NCBI RefSeq assembly: GCF_006345805.1
Contig: NC_042999.1
Coordinates: forward strand, 1,860,001 to 1,924,000
From: Octopus sinensis
Taxonomy: Eukaryota
Direction of reading: 5' to 3'
Length of the DNA stretch: 64,000 nt
Shown: piece after piece, positions 53,757 to 64,000 of the stretch
Position numbering within the stretch: the first letter of the stretch is position 1
Layout: every line of letters begins with the position of its first letter
The notes under the pieces: generated by a model
The model's database searches: none
What the model saw: the letters and a program-made list of their open reading frames with translations, nothing else
What the model was told of the DNA's origin: nothing
Made by a program: the position numbers and the translations under genes

Positions 53757-54520
53757 ACATTATCTATAAACATTACAATTGTTTCGACACATTTTTACAC
53801 TTGTTCATTGGTGAGATGTTGTGTAATCATTATCACCAATTCAAGGTGTGAAATGCACCTTCTTTGAGTAAGACTTTATACGATCTTTATATAGCATACA
53901 ACAAGGGTTTTACCCGTATATTTACTCGCGTATGTGTGTATATGTATAAAAGCAGAGCAAGAGTACACACGAAGACGGAAAGTGTCGCTGAAGAGTTCAC
54001 GGAGGTGTGATGAAAGATTTCCGGACGATAAACATAAATTAGAATAAGAACAGTAATAAATGAGTGAAAAGGGAATTATATAGTGCGCCTGTTTATTTGG
54101 CAAAAAGAGGGAAAAAAATAACTATCTCGAAATACAACAATTCTGTTTCAACGCACGGTTTCAAATCAAGAATCTTGCAGCACATATATGTAAAAGGATA
54201 TATTTACAGAAAACACAACAAAGACGAAGACAGGTGCAGGAATAACAAGCAGGTGCATAGTTTGACTGAATATATATATAGAGAATACCAAACGAGTTCC
54301 CTATGGATACCGTATTTATCACAACGAGTGGCTTGCACGTATCTAACGAGCGAAAGCGAGTTAGATACGTGTACAAGCCACGAATTGTAATAAATACGGT
54401 ATCCATAGGAATGAGTTTGGTATTTATTTATACACACGACTAAACGACCATATTTTATTAACCCAATAACTAAATTCTTCACGTTTAGTTGTAACATATG
54501 AATGACAAAAGTAGTGCCGC

Positions 54521-54620
54521 CACCGTGACGTCGGGTCATCACCATGGATTGACCAATCAGAAGCAGCGCTGTCACCGTGACCTCGGGTCATCACCATGGA
54601 TTGACCAATCAGAAGCAGCG
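54521..54620 (+). repeat. 52-bp-period tandem duplication with CCAAT boxes
   Basis: CACCGTGAC(G/C)TCGGGTCATCACCATGGATTGACCAATCAGAAGCAGCG at 54521 and 54573. Confidence 0.9.
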
Positions 54621-54991
54621 TTCGCAGTATCTGACATATGTAGATACCAAAAATATCTCAGTGTTCTCACTCACATGTGTGTAATAAATAAATTATATAT
54701 ATATATATAATATATATATATATAAATTAGAAAAAAACACCCTTTTATCAATTCATGATATATACGATTTATTTATTATTGCACATTACTTAATCACGGT
54801 ATATTATTGTTATTTTATATTAATATTTCTATTATATGTAATTTCTAGATGGTGTAATTTAATTGTTCATTTTGAATTGATTAAAGGTGTTTTTTTCTAA
54901 TTTTATATATATATATATTATATTTTGTGAAATTGATTTAGTATTTCTAAATTGAATTTTTGCCTGTAGTTATGAATAAATTCCCTCAAAT

Positions 54992-55029
<38 letters not shown>

Positions 55030-55162
55030 ATATATATATGTATATAATATATAATATATATATAGATATATATATATATATATACACTGTATATATTATG
55101 TATATATAATATATATAATTATATATATATATATATATATATACTGTATATATGGTATTGTG

Positions 55163-55199
<37 letters not shown>

Positions 55200-55202
<3 letters not shown>

Positions 55203-55470
55203 TTATATATAAAAGTGAAGTTGTGTGTCTGTCTCCTACGACTTAGATTCCTAACTACTCCCTCATTTGCGGTGCAGTGTAACCAAAAGCGGGTATCTTA
55301 TAGTTGTGATTCATATCGAGCCCTTCTGCGCACGTCTACGATGAGTTTACGATTTTAAAAAAAAATTACCATAATTTTTCCGCATTTTAATGCATTTTCG
55401 CTCGTTATATAAGGGAAAGTAACTCTCTAAAAGTATTATTAAATCTCAGAATGTAAAAGCTACAGTAACA
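55200..55470 (+). mobile_element. Non-autonomous Helitron 5' portion, same family as 47249-47622
   Basis: Begins TCTTTATATATAAAAGTGAAGTTGTGTGTCTGTCTCCTACG; no CTAG end found. Confidence 0.8.
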
Positions 55471-55546
55471 CCCCCCCCTTACATATATACATACATATAT
55501 ATACGATTTATTTGTTACAGTTCCTGCCTACGAAATCCATATATAT

Positions 55547-58246
55547 TGTTGTTGGCATCATTTTTGTCTCGGGAGACAATGGAGTTGCGCATAAAATATC
55601 TAGTCCGGCTTTTACATTTCATGTCCTAATACATCTCTTGCTGTGGCTGTGTAGTCCTATCCGGGACAAACACTCCCTCTGGCAGGTGCCGTAAATGTAG
55701 CGAAAGACTTTGCCTGACTGGTTGTAATGTCATAGTTTCTTGTTGACGTCTTTCTGTCTTTTCATTTCTCCTTTCTCACTATGTCACTCCTTTGTGTTCC
55801 TCTTTTACGGTACGTCGCCAATCTCCACGGTTGCTGGCAACTGCTTCCCAGTTGGTAATATTGATGTTGCAGGCATTCATGTCCCTTTTGCAAACATCTT
55901 GTATCGTAAGAACAGTCTTCCCACAGACCTAGTGCCCTAGCAAGCTCTCTGTTGAGTATGTCCTTGGGGATTCTCCCATCTTCCATTCGGCTAACATGTC
56001 CAAGCAATCTCATACGTCTTGTGTGAAGAGTGCAAACATGCTTGGTATTCTGCTTGCTTGAGGACATCTTTGTTAGGGACATGATTCTGCCCTTGATGAT
56101 GCGATGGATTTTCCGGAGACAGCGCAGGTGAAAGATATTTAGGCGACGTATGGCGTCGTATGGCGTGTGTATGGCGTCAAAGTTATACAGTAGAGTGCTA
56201 AGTACACATGCCTGGTAAATCTTCATTTTTGTGGTCTTGGTCAGCTTATTGTTGTCCCATGCGCGTTGGTGAGTTGGGCCATCACAGCAGCTGCCTTGCC
56301 AATGCGTAAATTGAGCTCAGCATCAAGGGATAGGTTGTAGGTGACGGTAGAGAGCCAAGATACGGTTAAACTTCTCCACCTCCTATACTCTGTGCGCCTC
56401 CAATATGTATGTTGGGATGTCCGATGTAGCCTGACCCGTATGTTGGTCTTCTTGAGGCTGATAACTAAGCCAAGTTGCCAAATGCTGCTCCAAAACAGTT
56501 GCCGAGCCTCGTAGGGCTTCTTCTGTGTGTGATACCAGAGCGGCATCATCAGCAAATAGCATCTCCTTGATCAGGACGCTTCTGAGATTTTGGTCTTGGC
56601 ACGCAGACGCGAGGAAGATTGAACAGTTTCCCATCACTTCTACTGTGCAGAAACACTCCATCGTCTGATGTCTCAAAGGCATGTGACAGCAGCAGCGAGA
56701 AGATGCCAAATAATGTAGGAGCAAGGACACAACCTTGCTCTACCCCATTTTTTATTTGGAAGGCGGCTGATGTTGAACCATTGTGGCTGTATGGTGCCTT
56801 GCATATTAGCATGGAATGATTTGATGATCCTCAGCAGCTTTTGTGTGAACATCCGATTTTTTGGAGCAGGATGAAGAGCCTTTTCTACTTACCAGTCAAA
56901 GCCCTTTGTCAGATCAATGAAGGCCATATATAATGGCATGTTCTGCTCTCTGGACTTCTGAAGTTGCGTATGGAGAATATCATGTCAATAGTTGATCTGC
57001 TTCTTCTAAAGCCACAAACACCGCGATTCTGGATAAATTCGAGAAGCAATTAGTTGCAGCCTGGACAGGATAATGCGAGTAGAGGCCTTTCCAACTGTGC
57101 TTAGAAGAGATATTCCACGGTAATTGTTACAATCATCACGGTCACTTTTATTTTTGTAAAGCGTAATGATGTTAGCATCTCGCATATTCTGAGGGACTGT
57201 ACCCTCTAACCAGCACTGACACAGAAGCTCATGAATGTGCCGAAGCAGGATGATGTTTTTGCCGGTTTTGATGATCTCTAAGGGGATGCCGTCTTTTCCC
57301 GGAGCCTTGTTACTTGCTAGGGAGTCAATAGATTTGGTGAGCTCTGCTATAGATGGCAGACTGTCAAGTTCACACATGACTGGCAAGATCTTGACACCCT
57401 CGATTGCAGCCTCAGCTACCTCTCGTGAGTAGAGATCCTGGTAGTACTCCATCCATGTATCCATTTGCTTGCTTTGGTCCTTGATGAGATCTCCAGTAGT
57501 TGATTTCAGGGGGCTGAGGGTTGTTGCGGATGGACCGAGGGCCTTCTTCAAACCGCATACATCCCACGAGTGTCGCCACTGTCAGCAGCTGACTGGATAC
57601 TCTGACAGATTTCCTGTCAATACCCATTTGCACAGCGTCTGGCAGTGAGTTGGGTTTTATTTCTTGCCTTTCTGAGTTCTTCGAGATACTTTGTAGAAGA
57701 AACACTCTTGTATTGCATCAGAGCTGCACGCTTTGCTTCGATAACTGTTTCCAGCTCTGAGAGCCCAGCACTGAACAAAATCTGGGTTTTACCTTTCTCT
57801 CATTCCGAAAGTATCTATTGATGTGGTATACGAAGCTTCCCTGATATAATTCCACCTACTTTCAACAGAGGAGGTTGGGCAACTCCTGAGGGCAACCTTG
57901 ATAGAAACAGCAAAACATTGTCGCAGTGTAGGGTCCGAGGTTCTGGCAGTGTTAATGTGTGGTTGGCTCATTTTCTTGGAGTGATGGACTTTTTAGGCAG
58001 AATCCTCACCCTTCTTATTAGTGAATGATCTGTGTCACAATCCGCGCTACGGGTCAGTTGAACAGAATTCAGAAAGGATCTTTGTGTAATGATGAGATCC
58101 AACTGATGCCAGTGGTGAGATCTTGGATGTCTCCAAGATGCCTTGTGGGATGTCTTGTTGGGAAAGAATGTGTTGGTGATGCACAGGTTATGGTATGTGC
58201 AAAATTCAAGTAGTCTCTGGCCATTGTCATTCATGTTGCCAATACT
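55547..58246 (-). pseudogene. 5'-truncated, decayed RTE (BovB-like) LINE: APE C-terminus, RT, C-terminal Cys/His motif, (CAA)n tail
   Basis: Motifs in order: NDNGQRLLEFC..ITNTFF..SWRHPRSHHWHQLD..DCDTDH; KAPGKDGIP; NYRGISLLS; AFIDLTK; GVEQGCVLAPTLF; LFADDAAL; RIGKAA; YQACVLSTLLY; LGHVSRMEDGRIPK; CQRECLSRIGLHSH. The 3' end reads CCATTGTCTCCCGAGAC..ATGCC(AAC)n. Many frameshifts. Confidence 0.95.
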
Positions 58247-58308
58247 AAAAACACATACACTTACATATATATACGATTGATTTGTTTCAGTTCCTGTCCA
58301 CGAAATCC

Positions 58309-58350
<42 letters not shown>

Positions 58351-58844
58351 TAATATATATGTATGTACACATACACACACACCACAAAGATAAATTGATA
58401 GATACAACTGAGTGGGCAAAAAAAATGTGAGACACTGCGTAGAGCTTTTTTAAATTTTGATAAGCCTGGTAATTATTCTATCAGTTTTCTTCTTGTGAAA
58501 CCAGTATGTTATGGGGATATAAATAAACGAACACCAGTTGTGAAGCAGTGATGAGGGGAAGAACACAAAGACACACACACAGACTTACATACATACATAC
58601 ATACATATATATACGATTGATTTCTTTCAGTTTCTGTCTACAAAATCCACTGACAAGGCTTTGGTTGGTCTCAGGCTATAGTAGAAGACACATGCCAAGT
58701 TACCCACACAGTGGGACTGAACTGAGAACCTTGCGTTTTGGAACCATAAGAATACTTATGCATAAATCTAAAATCTTAAATAATTTCTTTGTTATTGTAG
58801 TATATATCAGTAAAAAATGGAATATTCCCGGCTTATTCCCGGCT

Positions 58845-60400
58845 TTCCAAACTTACCGAGGTATGTCATTGCGTCCTGCATTCGTTTATTCATATACCGA
58901 GGTGAGCCAATAAATGTTGAAGGAAGAATAATACGTTTTCCAACGTTGGCTGCATCACCGTCTGACGCATTGCATCCTCTAGATTAACGTATTCTGTTGC
59001 TCTTAATTGGTCCTGGTGAGAACGAATGTATTTAATCGTTCGGACTCAAACTTACAATACATGTCGACCAAAAACTGATTGGTCAAGAATGCACCTAGTA
59101 ATAAATTGAAATCGTTTTCTCGCACCATGAGTCGATAGGCGTAAAATGCCTTGCAGGAAACCTTCTTGTCAAGAAGTGTGAAGAATTGTGGTATCAACCT
59201 TTTGAATTTCCAAGTGGTATCCATCCTCTCCATGAGGAAAAGGAGGGGTACTGCAAGCAATCGTAACATCGGTGTAATTCTGAAACAAAAGTCACGTCTT
59301 CGTCGCGGGTGACGGAGGATTATGTCACGATTTCCATGGACCTCATCGACCATGAGTGCTGCAACTTCATTCGTAGTTGGAGCGTTTGAAACGACCAGGG
59401 TGCTCACCGGCAGAGTTTTGTCGGCATGTATCACCAATTTTAAATGAGGTTGAGAATCCAACGTATCCATTGCATTTTTGAACTCACGAACATGAGGATG
59501 AGCCTGGTGGAGCATCATCTGAAGTACTTCAATAACACGCTGCTCAAGTTTGGATTATTTTTTTTTCCTGATAGCAAGTTCCTCATCGTGACCACCAACA
59601 AAGAAAACCTGCATGAATGTAGGCTCTTTACCAGGCATCGGCGAAGACTCCCATTTGATGGTAGCACTGTCCATGAATTTTGTGTGTAAAAATGTTCATA
59701 CTCTCTGAATGATAATTAGGCTTTGTAGAATGTCTGTCGACATGGGGGTTTTTCGAGTACTGTTTTCGCAACAGCTCTTGAAGGTCCAGGGATATTGAGG
59801 TTTCCGTTATTGTGTTTGTAACAGTCCATGAAGGTCGGGGACACTGAGATTTTCAGTTGTTGTCGAAGCAACAGTTGAAGGTCGTGGCATATTTGGGTTG
59901 GTTTTTTTTTGGGTTTTTTTTAAACCTGGTATCTCGTTGTTCGAAAGCATGTCATTGAGAAGCACGAATATAACCTATGAATTCTTTCACGAAAATGCTT
60001 TGCACCGTCAGATGGACTTGTAAGCATTCTCGAAGAACCTGAGGTGGATCAGGTAATGGTGGGAGTCGGACTTTTCCTTGAGAGAGCAGCAAAGACCGGG
60101 GAACATCGAAATCTCACTTTTGGCCCCACAGGAGGAACAAATTTTGTCCATCTTTCCGATGGTCACTTTGTTGTTGTTGGCATAGTTTTTAGCAGGATCG
60201 TAGGTGAAGGCGGCCCTGTACCAGAACTCGTCCCTCTTTGCAGCCTTGTTTTGCTTGAGTTTTCGTCGTGCTATAGACCGTGTAACTCGTGTCTGTTCTG
60301 CTGTCTGATTGGGGTTTCTTTGTGTTGTGCTTGAATGCGGTCAGTAGCGAGACGTGCCTCCCTTCATCATGTGTGTCAGCAAGTCTCGCCATTCGGAGGA
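58845..60400 (-). pseudogene. Helitron Rep/helicase N-terminal remnant
   Basis: AAFTYDPAKNY..IGKMDKICSSCGAK..GLCC (Zn region); HKIHGQCYHQ..PGKEPTFMQVFF; NAPTTNEVAAL..GNRDIIL; FYAYRLMVRENDFN; QFLVDMYCKFESERL; GKRIILPSTFIGSPRYM..MQDAMTYLGKFGKP. Truncated before the HUH motif and helicase. The 5' non-coding part may extend to ~61190. Confidence 0.93.
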
Positions 60401-61186
60401 CGGGAAAATGAAAATTTTGCAATGTAACATGATTTGTTTTAAGAGTAAGATTGTCATGATTGTGTGTTGGTTGGTGGTGGTGGTGGTGGCGATGATAATT
60501 ATCATTAGGAAAAAGAGTGAGTGAGTGAGGAAGACATATACATAAGTTGTGGCGATGATAATTATAGACCCCTTTCACATTTTGATGAAGAGAACCCGAT
60601 TTCATTCGGGTCTACTGGGGCCACATATAGGTGTTTGTGTATGTGCACGCCGTAGAAATTAAATTAGAGATAAAACCACTAATAGGCAAATGAAACAGTA
60701 AAAAACCAAAAACAAAAACATAAAAATAAAAAATATATATTAGATATATGTATGTGTGTGTGTGTGTGGTTGGTGGTGTGTGTGTGTGTTGACAGGTAGA
60801 CAATAGAATACGATGGCGATGGAATGGAATATTTGTTTTGTCTATGAACGCAGACAGATACATGAGTAAATGTATGGAGCTAAGAGATAGAGTGAGTGAA
60901 AATGTTCTTGGAAGAGAGGAAATAGCGAGAGAGTGATTGAGGAGGAGACTTTACATTAAATAACGGGAGTGGGCTTGTCAAGTGAAGGGGAGTGAGAGGG
61001 TGAATGGAGGAAATAGCGTGAGTGAGGAAGATGACCCATAGCAACCACACCTTTTAAGCTAGGGATTTCTAAGGTAGCCCACGGGCATCGTCACCTCATT
61101 CTACATGTCCCTGTAAATTTTGGAGCGAATCGGACGGGATGAAGTGGCATTGAAAGCGAACCAAGCGGTAAAAACGCATTTCAGTT

Positions 61187-61242
<56 letters not shown>

Positions 61243-61612
61243 ATATATATATATTATATATATAAAGCTGAAGTTGTCTGGATATATGTATGTATGTGTG
61301 TGTGTGTATGCGTATGTATGTGTAGAGACCTCTTTTGGCCCCACCTGAGTTTTGAAACTGAATGGGTAATTTTCCCCTAACTATAGAGCCTTATTGTTCT
61401 GTTGAGGAACAATGTTGTTTTATTCAAACGATGGCCTTGCCAACATTTGATTGATGTATTTTCCTCTTGACCCATAACCTTCTAGGTTGTAAAGGGTTTA
61501 AATAAATAAAATAAGGGATCTTTACCCTTTGAACGGCAGATCGAGAGAAATAAATTTTTGTAACTAAACACTTCAACCTTCGGACACTAACCCTAACCCT
61601 AATGTGTCATTA

Positions 61613-61980
61613 AAACATATTTTACTTTTAATGTTACTCTTGACCACGGCCATGCTGGAGCATCGCCTTTAATCGAGCAACTAGACCCCGGGACTTATTC
61701 TTTTTGTAAGCCCAGTACTTATTCTATCGGTCTCTTTTGCCGAACCGCTAAGTAACGGGGACATAAATACACCAGCATCGGTTGTCAAGCAATGCTAGGG
61801 GGACAAACACAGACACACAAACACACACACATACACATATATACATATATATATGACGGGCTTCTTTCAGTTTCCGTCTACCAAATCCACTCACAAGGCT
61901 TTGGTTGGCCCGAGGTTATAGTAGAAGACACTTGCCCAAGGTGCCAGACAGTGGGACTGAACCCGGAATCAGCCACTCCA
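61613..61980 (-). mobile_element. SINE family S1 with deleted head
   Basis: Tail and centre intact; the head is shortened (AACCCGGAATCAGCCACTCC). Confidence 0.85.
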
Positions 61981-62444
61981 ATATTTTTTTAACATCTGGC
62001 CTGTAAAACTTATATTCTCTAAATATTTTATAAGTCATCATACTATTTTTATCTTAGAAAAACAGTGACCGAAGGAGTGAGAAGATTAGATTATTCATGA
62101 GCGTCTTCATAAAAACAAAAAACACAGAACTCCTTTGGCATCTTAAATAAATACAATATAAATTCCAATAAAATAAAAAGACCGGTTTTCTTTGACCAAC
62201 TTTCTGACGTCAGCATTTGAATAGATTGCTACAGGGGTGTTTACAACTCTGTTTTATTACGATTAACTCATTTTATCGGGCCCTGAAAGATAAGACAAAA
62301 ACCAGCCGAGCAGGATTTGAAATGATTATTGTAAATAATGCAAATGTCGGTTTACCTATACATGTGTGCCCCTACCCGACCGACTTTGTTGCCTCACAAC
62401 AACTTCCAGAAAAATGTAATTTTTTTATGAATTTTCAAAAAATA

Positions 62445-62954
62445 CCGTTAATCCTCGAGTATAGTCTGCCTTGAGTATAATACGCAGGGGATTTTTAGGG
62501 GCTGTACCTCTGGAAAACCTAAACCTTGTGTATAATATGCACCCCTTCTCTAACTTCAGTCAAGGAGGTCTGTATAACGTCCTTGGTTTCTAAAAATGTA
62601 TACGGTAACGTCCTTTATTATTATTGTATATATAACATAATGCAAACGTGTAGCTTTTTTGTGCATTTTGTTTGCAGAAAATAAAGAAATAACAGTAATA
62701 ACGTTTAATAAATGTTGTTTATTGCAAGTTATGGATGATTCTTTTATGACTTCATCGCTTTCAGGCTTAGCTTAAGGTATTATCGCACCCGATATCACAA
62801 AATGCGTCTGAATAAACATTGCCGGACAGCAAATAGAGACTTGGACATTGCTTAGAAAATAATTTCCATTTTTAACCTCATATATAGTACGCACTAGGGA
62901 TTTTAACCTTTAAATTTTGGGAAAATAATGCGGATTATACTTGAGGATTTACGG
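62445..62954. mobile_element. Tc1/mariner-superfamily (pogo/Tigger-like) MITE
   Basis: TIRs CCGTTAATCCTCGAGTATAGTCTGC / GCGGATTATACTTGAGGATTTACGG (25 bp, 4 mismatches), flanked by TA at 62443-62444 and 62955-62956. Confidence 0.85.
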
Positions 62955-63419
62955 TATGTTTTAGATGGTGTATATTCCGCTTATGTAGGAATTTAATATT
63001 TAAAAAAAATTCTGTGGTTAGGAAGAGAGGTTTCGGGAAATTCACATGAGTTGACTTTGTTTCCTCATAACTTGGGTATTTTTTTATGAAATTTGCTACA
63101 AATACTTTTCAGAATGTATATATTCAGATTATATTGGAATTTGATGTGAAAAGGAAAATAGTGGCACACATCACAATTTCTTTCGAAATCTCAAGTTTCA
63201 TTTTGTACATATATATGATATCCATTAGTACGTATGTGCATAAAAGCCCACCATTTTTGTATTTTCTTTTGTCATAAAACCCCAGCGTTTTCGATAGCCG
63301 CTCATGAAAAAGTGAAAGTCTTTCTTCGGCAATTTCTTGATTTCAGCAACTATTTTCGGGAAAAAATGTTTGCCCCCTACCCCTCCACCTCCAATTTCTT
63401 CATTTCTCGCTGGTTTCCG

Positions 63420-63475
63420 TAACTCTAATCCTAAATCCCAAACCCTAACCCTAAAACCCAAAACTAACCCTAACG
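63420..63475 (+). repeat. Degenerate interstitial telomere-like (TAACCC)n
   Basis: TAACTCTAATCCTAAATCCCAAACCCTAACCCTAAAACCCAAAACTAACCCTAA. Shorter runs at 51757-51780 and 61587-61601. Confidence 0.75.
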
Positions 63476-64000
63476 GCAGTTGGATGATGATGATAATGAT
63501 GATGATAGTAGTAGTAGCATTGATTATGTTAGGATGTCTCATGGATGGTAGTGTTGGTGTGTGTATGTGTGTGTGTATGTATGGATCAAAACAGTTTGAT
63601 TCAAATTCTGTGGTTCTTATATTCATACATACATATACATGTAGAAGTATATAACATATTATATATTGTATGTAAACACTTTTATATATATATAATTTAT
63701 GCATCTATAATACACACACATTATAAAATATATACAAATATGCATATGCATTAGAATATGTGTATATATATATATATATATGCATATGTTTGTAACATGT
63801 GTGGTAGCTATTTAGATCTACACAAATTTTATATTACTCCACGAAGTTTATGATAAGCGGAGATGTCTACATTTTAGTTAGCTATTTACATGTTTACGTT
63901 AACTACGTCACAAAATAGCTGTTTACGTCACAGTAACAATATTTTGAGAAGCAGTAAATAATATGAGGCCGAAAGAAAGAATATCATTGGTTAAAATTCG

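Noticed and set aside
63420-63475. TTAGGG-type runs as a chromosome end or fusion scar
   Set aside because: Short, degenerate and embedded in a dispersed repeat family seen several times in the window.

Overview
AT-rich, microsatellite-saturated eukaryotic DNA. The SINE and retroposon families are of the kind typical of coleoid cephalopods, probably Octopus; this is inferred from repeat content, with no database search. I can support no intact protein-coding gene. Nearly all supplied ORFs are artefacts of (TA)n/(CA)n/(CATA)n/(CAT)n repeats or are transposon remnants. The first ~190 bp look like a cell-cycle-type promoter and first exon (E2F site, CHR element, GTGAGT donor), so the rest may be intronic. 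Recognisable elements are: a 5'-truncated RTE LINE (55547-58246, -), a decayed Penelope-like element with RT and GIY-YIG motifs (39620-41430, +), a Helitron Rep remnant (58845-60400, -), non-autonomous Helitrons, a TA-flanked MITE, mariner and RTE fragments, and four tRNA-headed SINE families plus an abundant (TGA)n-tailed retroposon family. Most notable: (i) minimal type-I hammerhead-ribozyme (HHR) motifs from several unrelated families, including one with a swapped G3:C8 core pair inside a nested foldback, and a family joining a tRNA-like Pol III head to an HHR tail; (ii) a TSD-flanked SINE expanded into an 11-monomer array with a ~522-bp ABC higher-order repeat; (iii) many long inverted repeats; (iv) a 54-bp direct repeat flanking the RTE LINE. 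All ribozyme calls are by-eye motif and structure matches and are untested.
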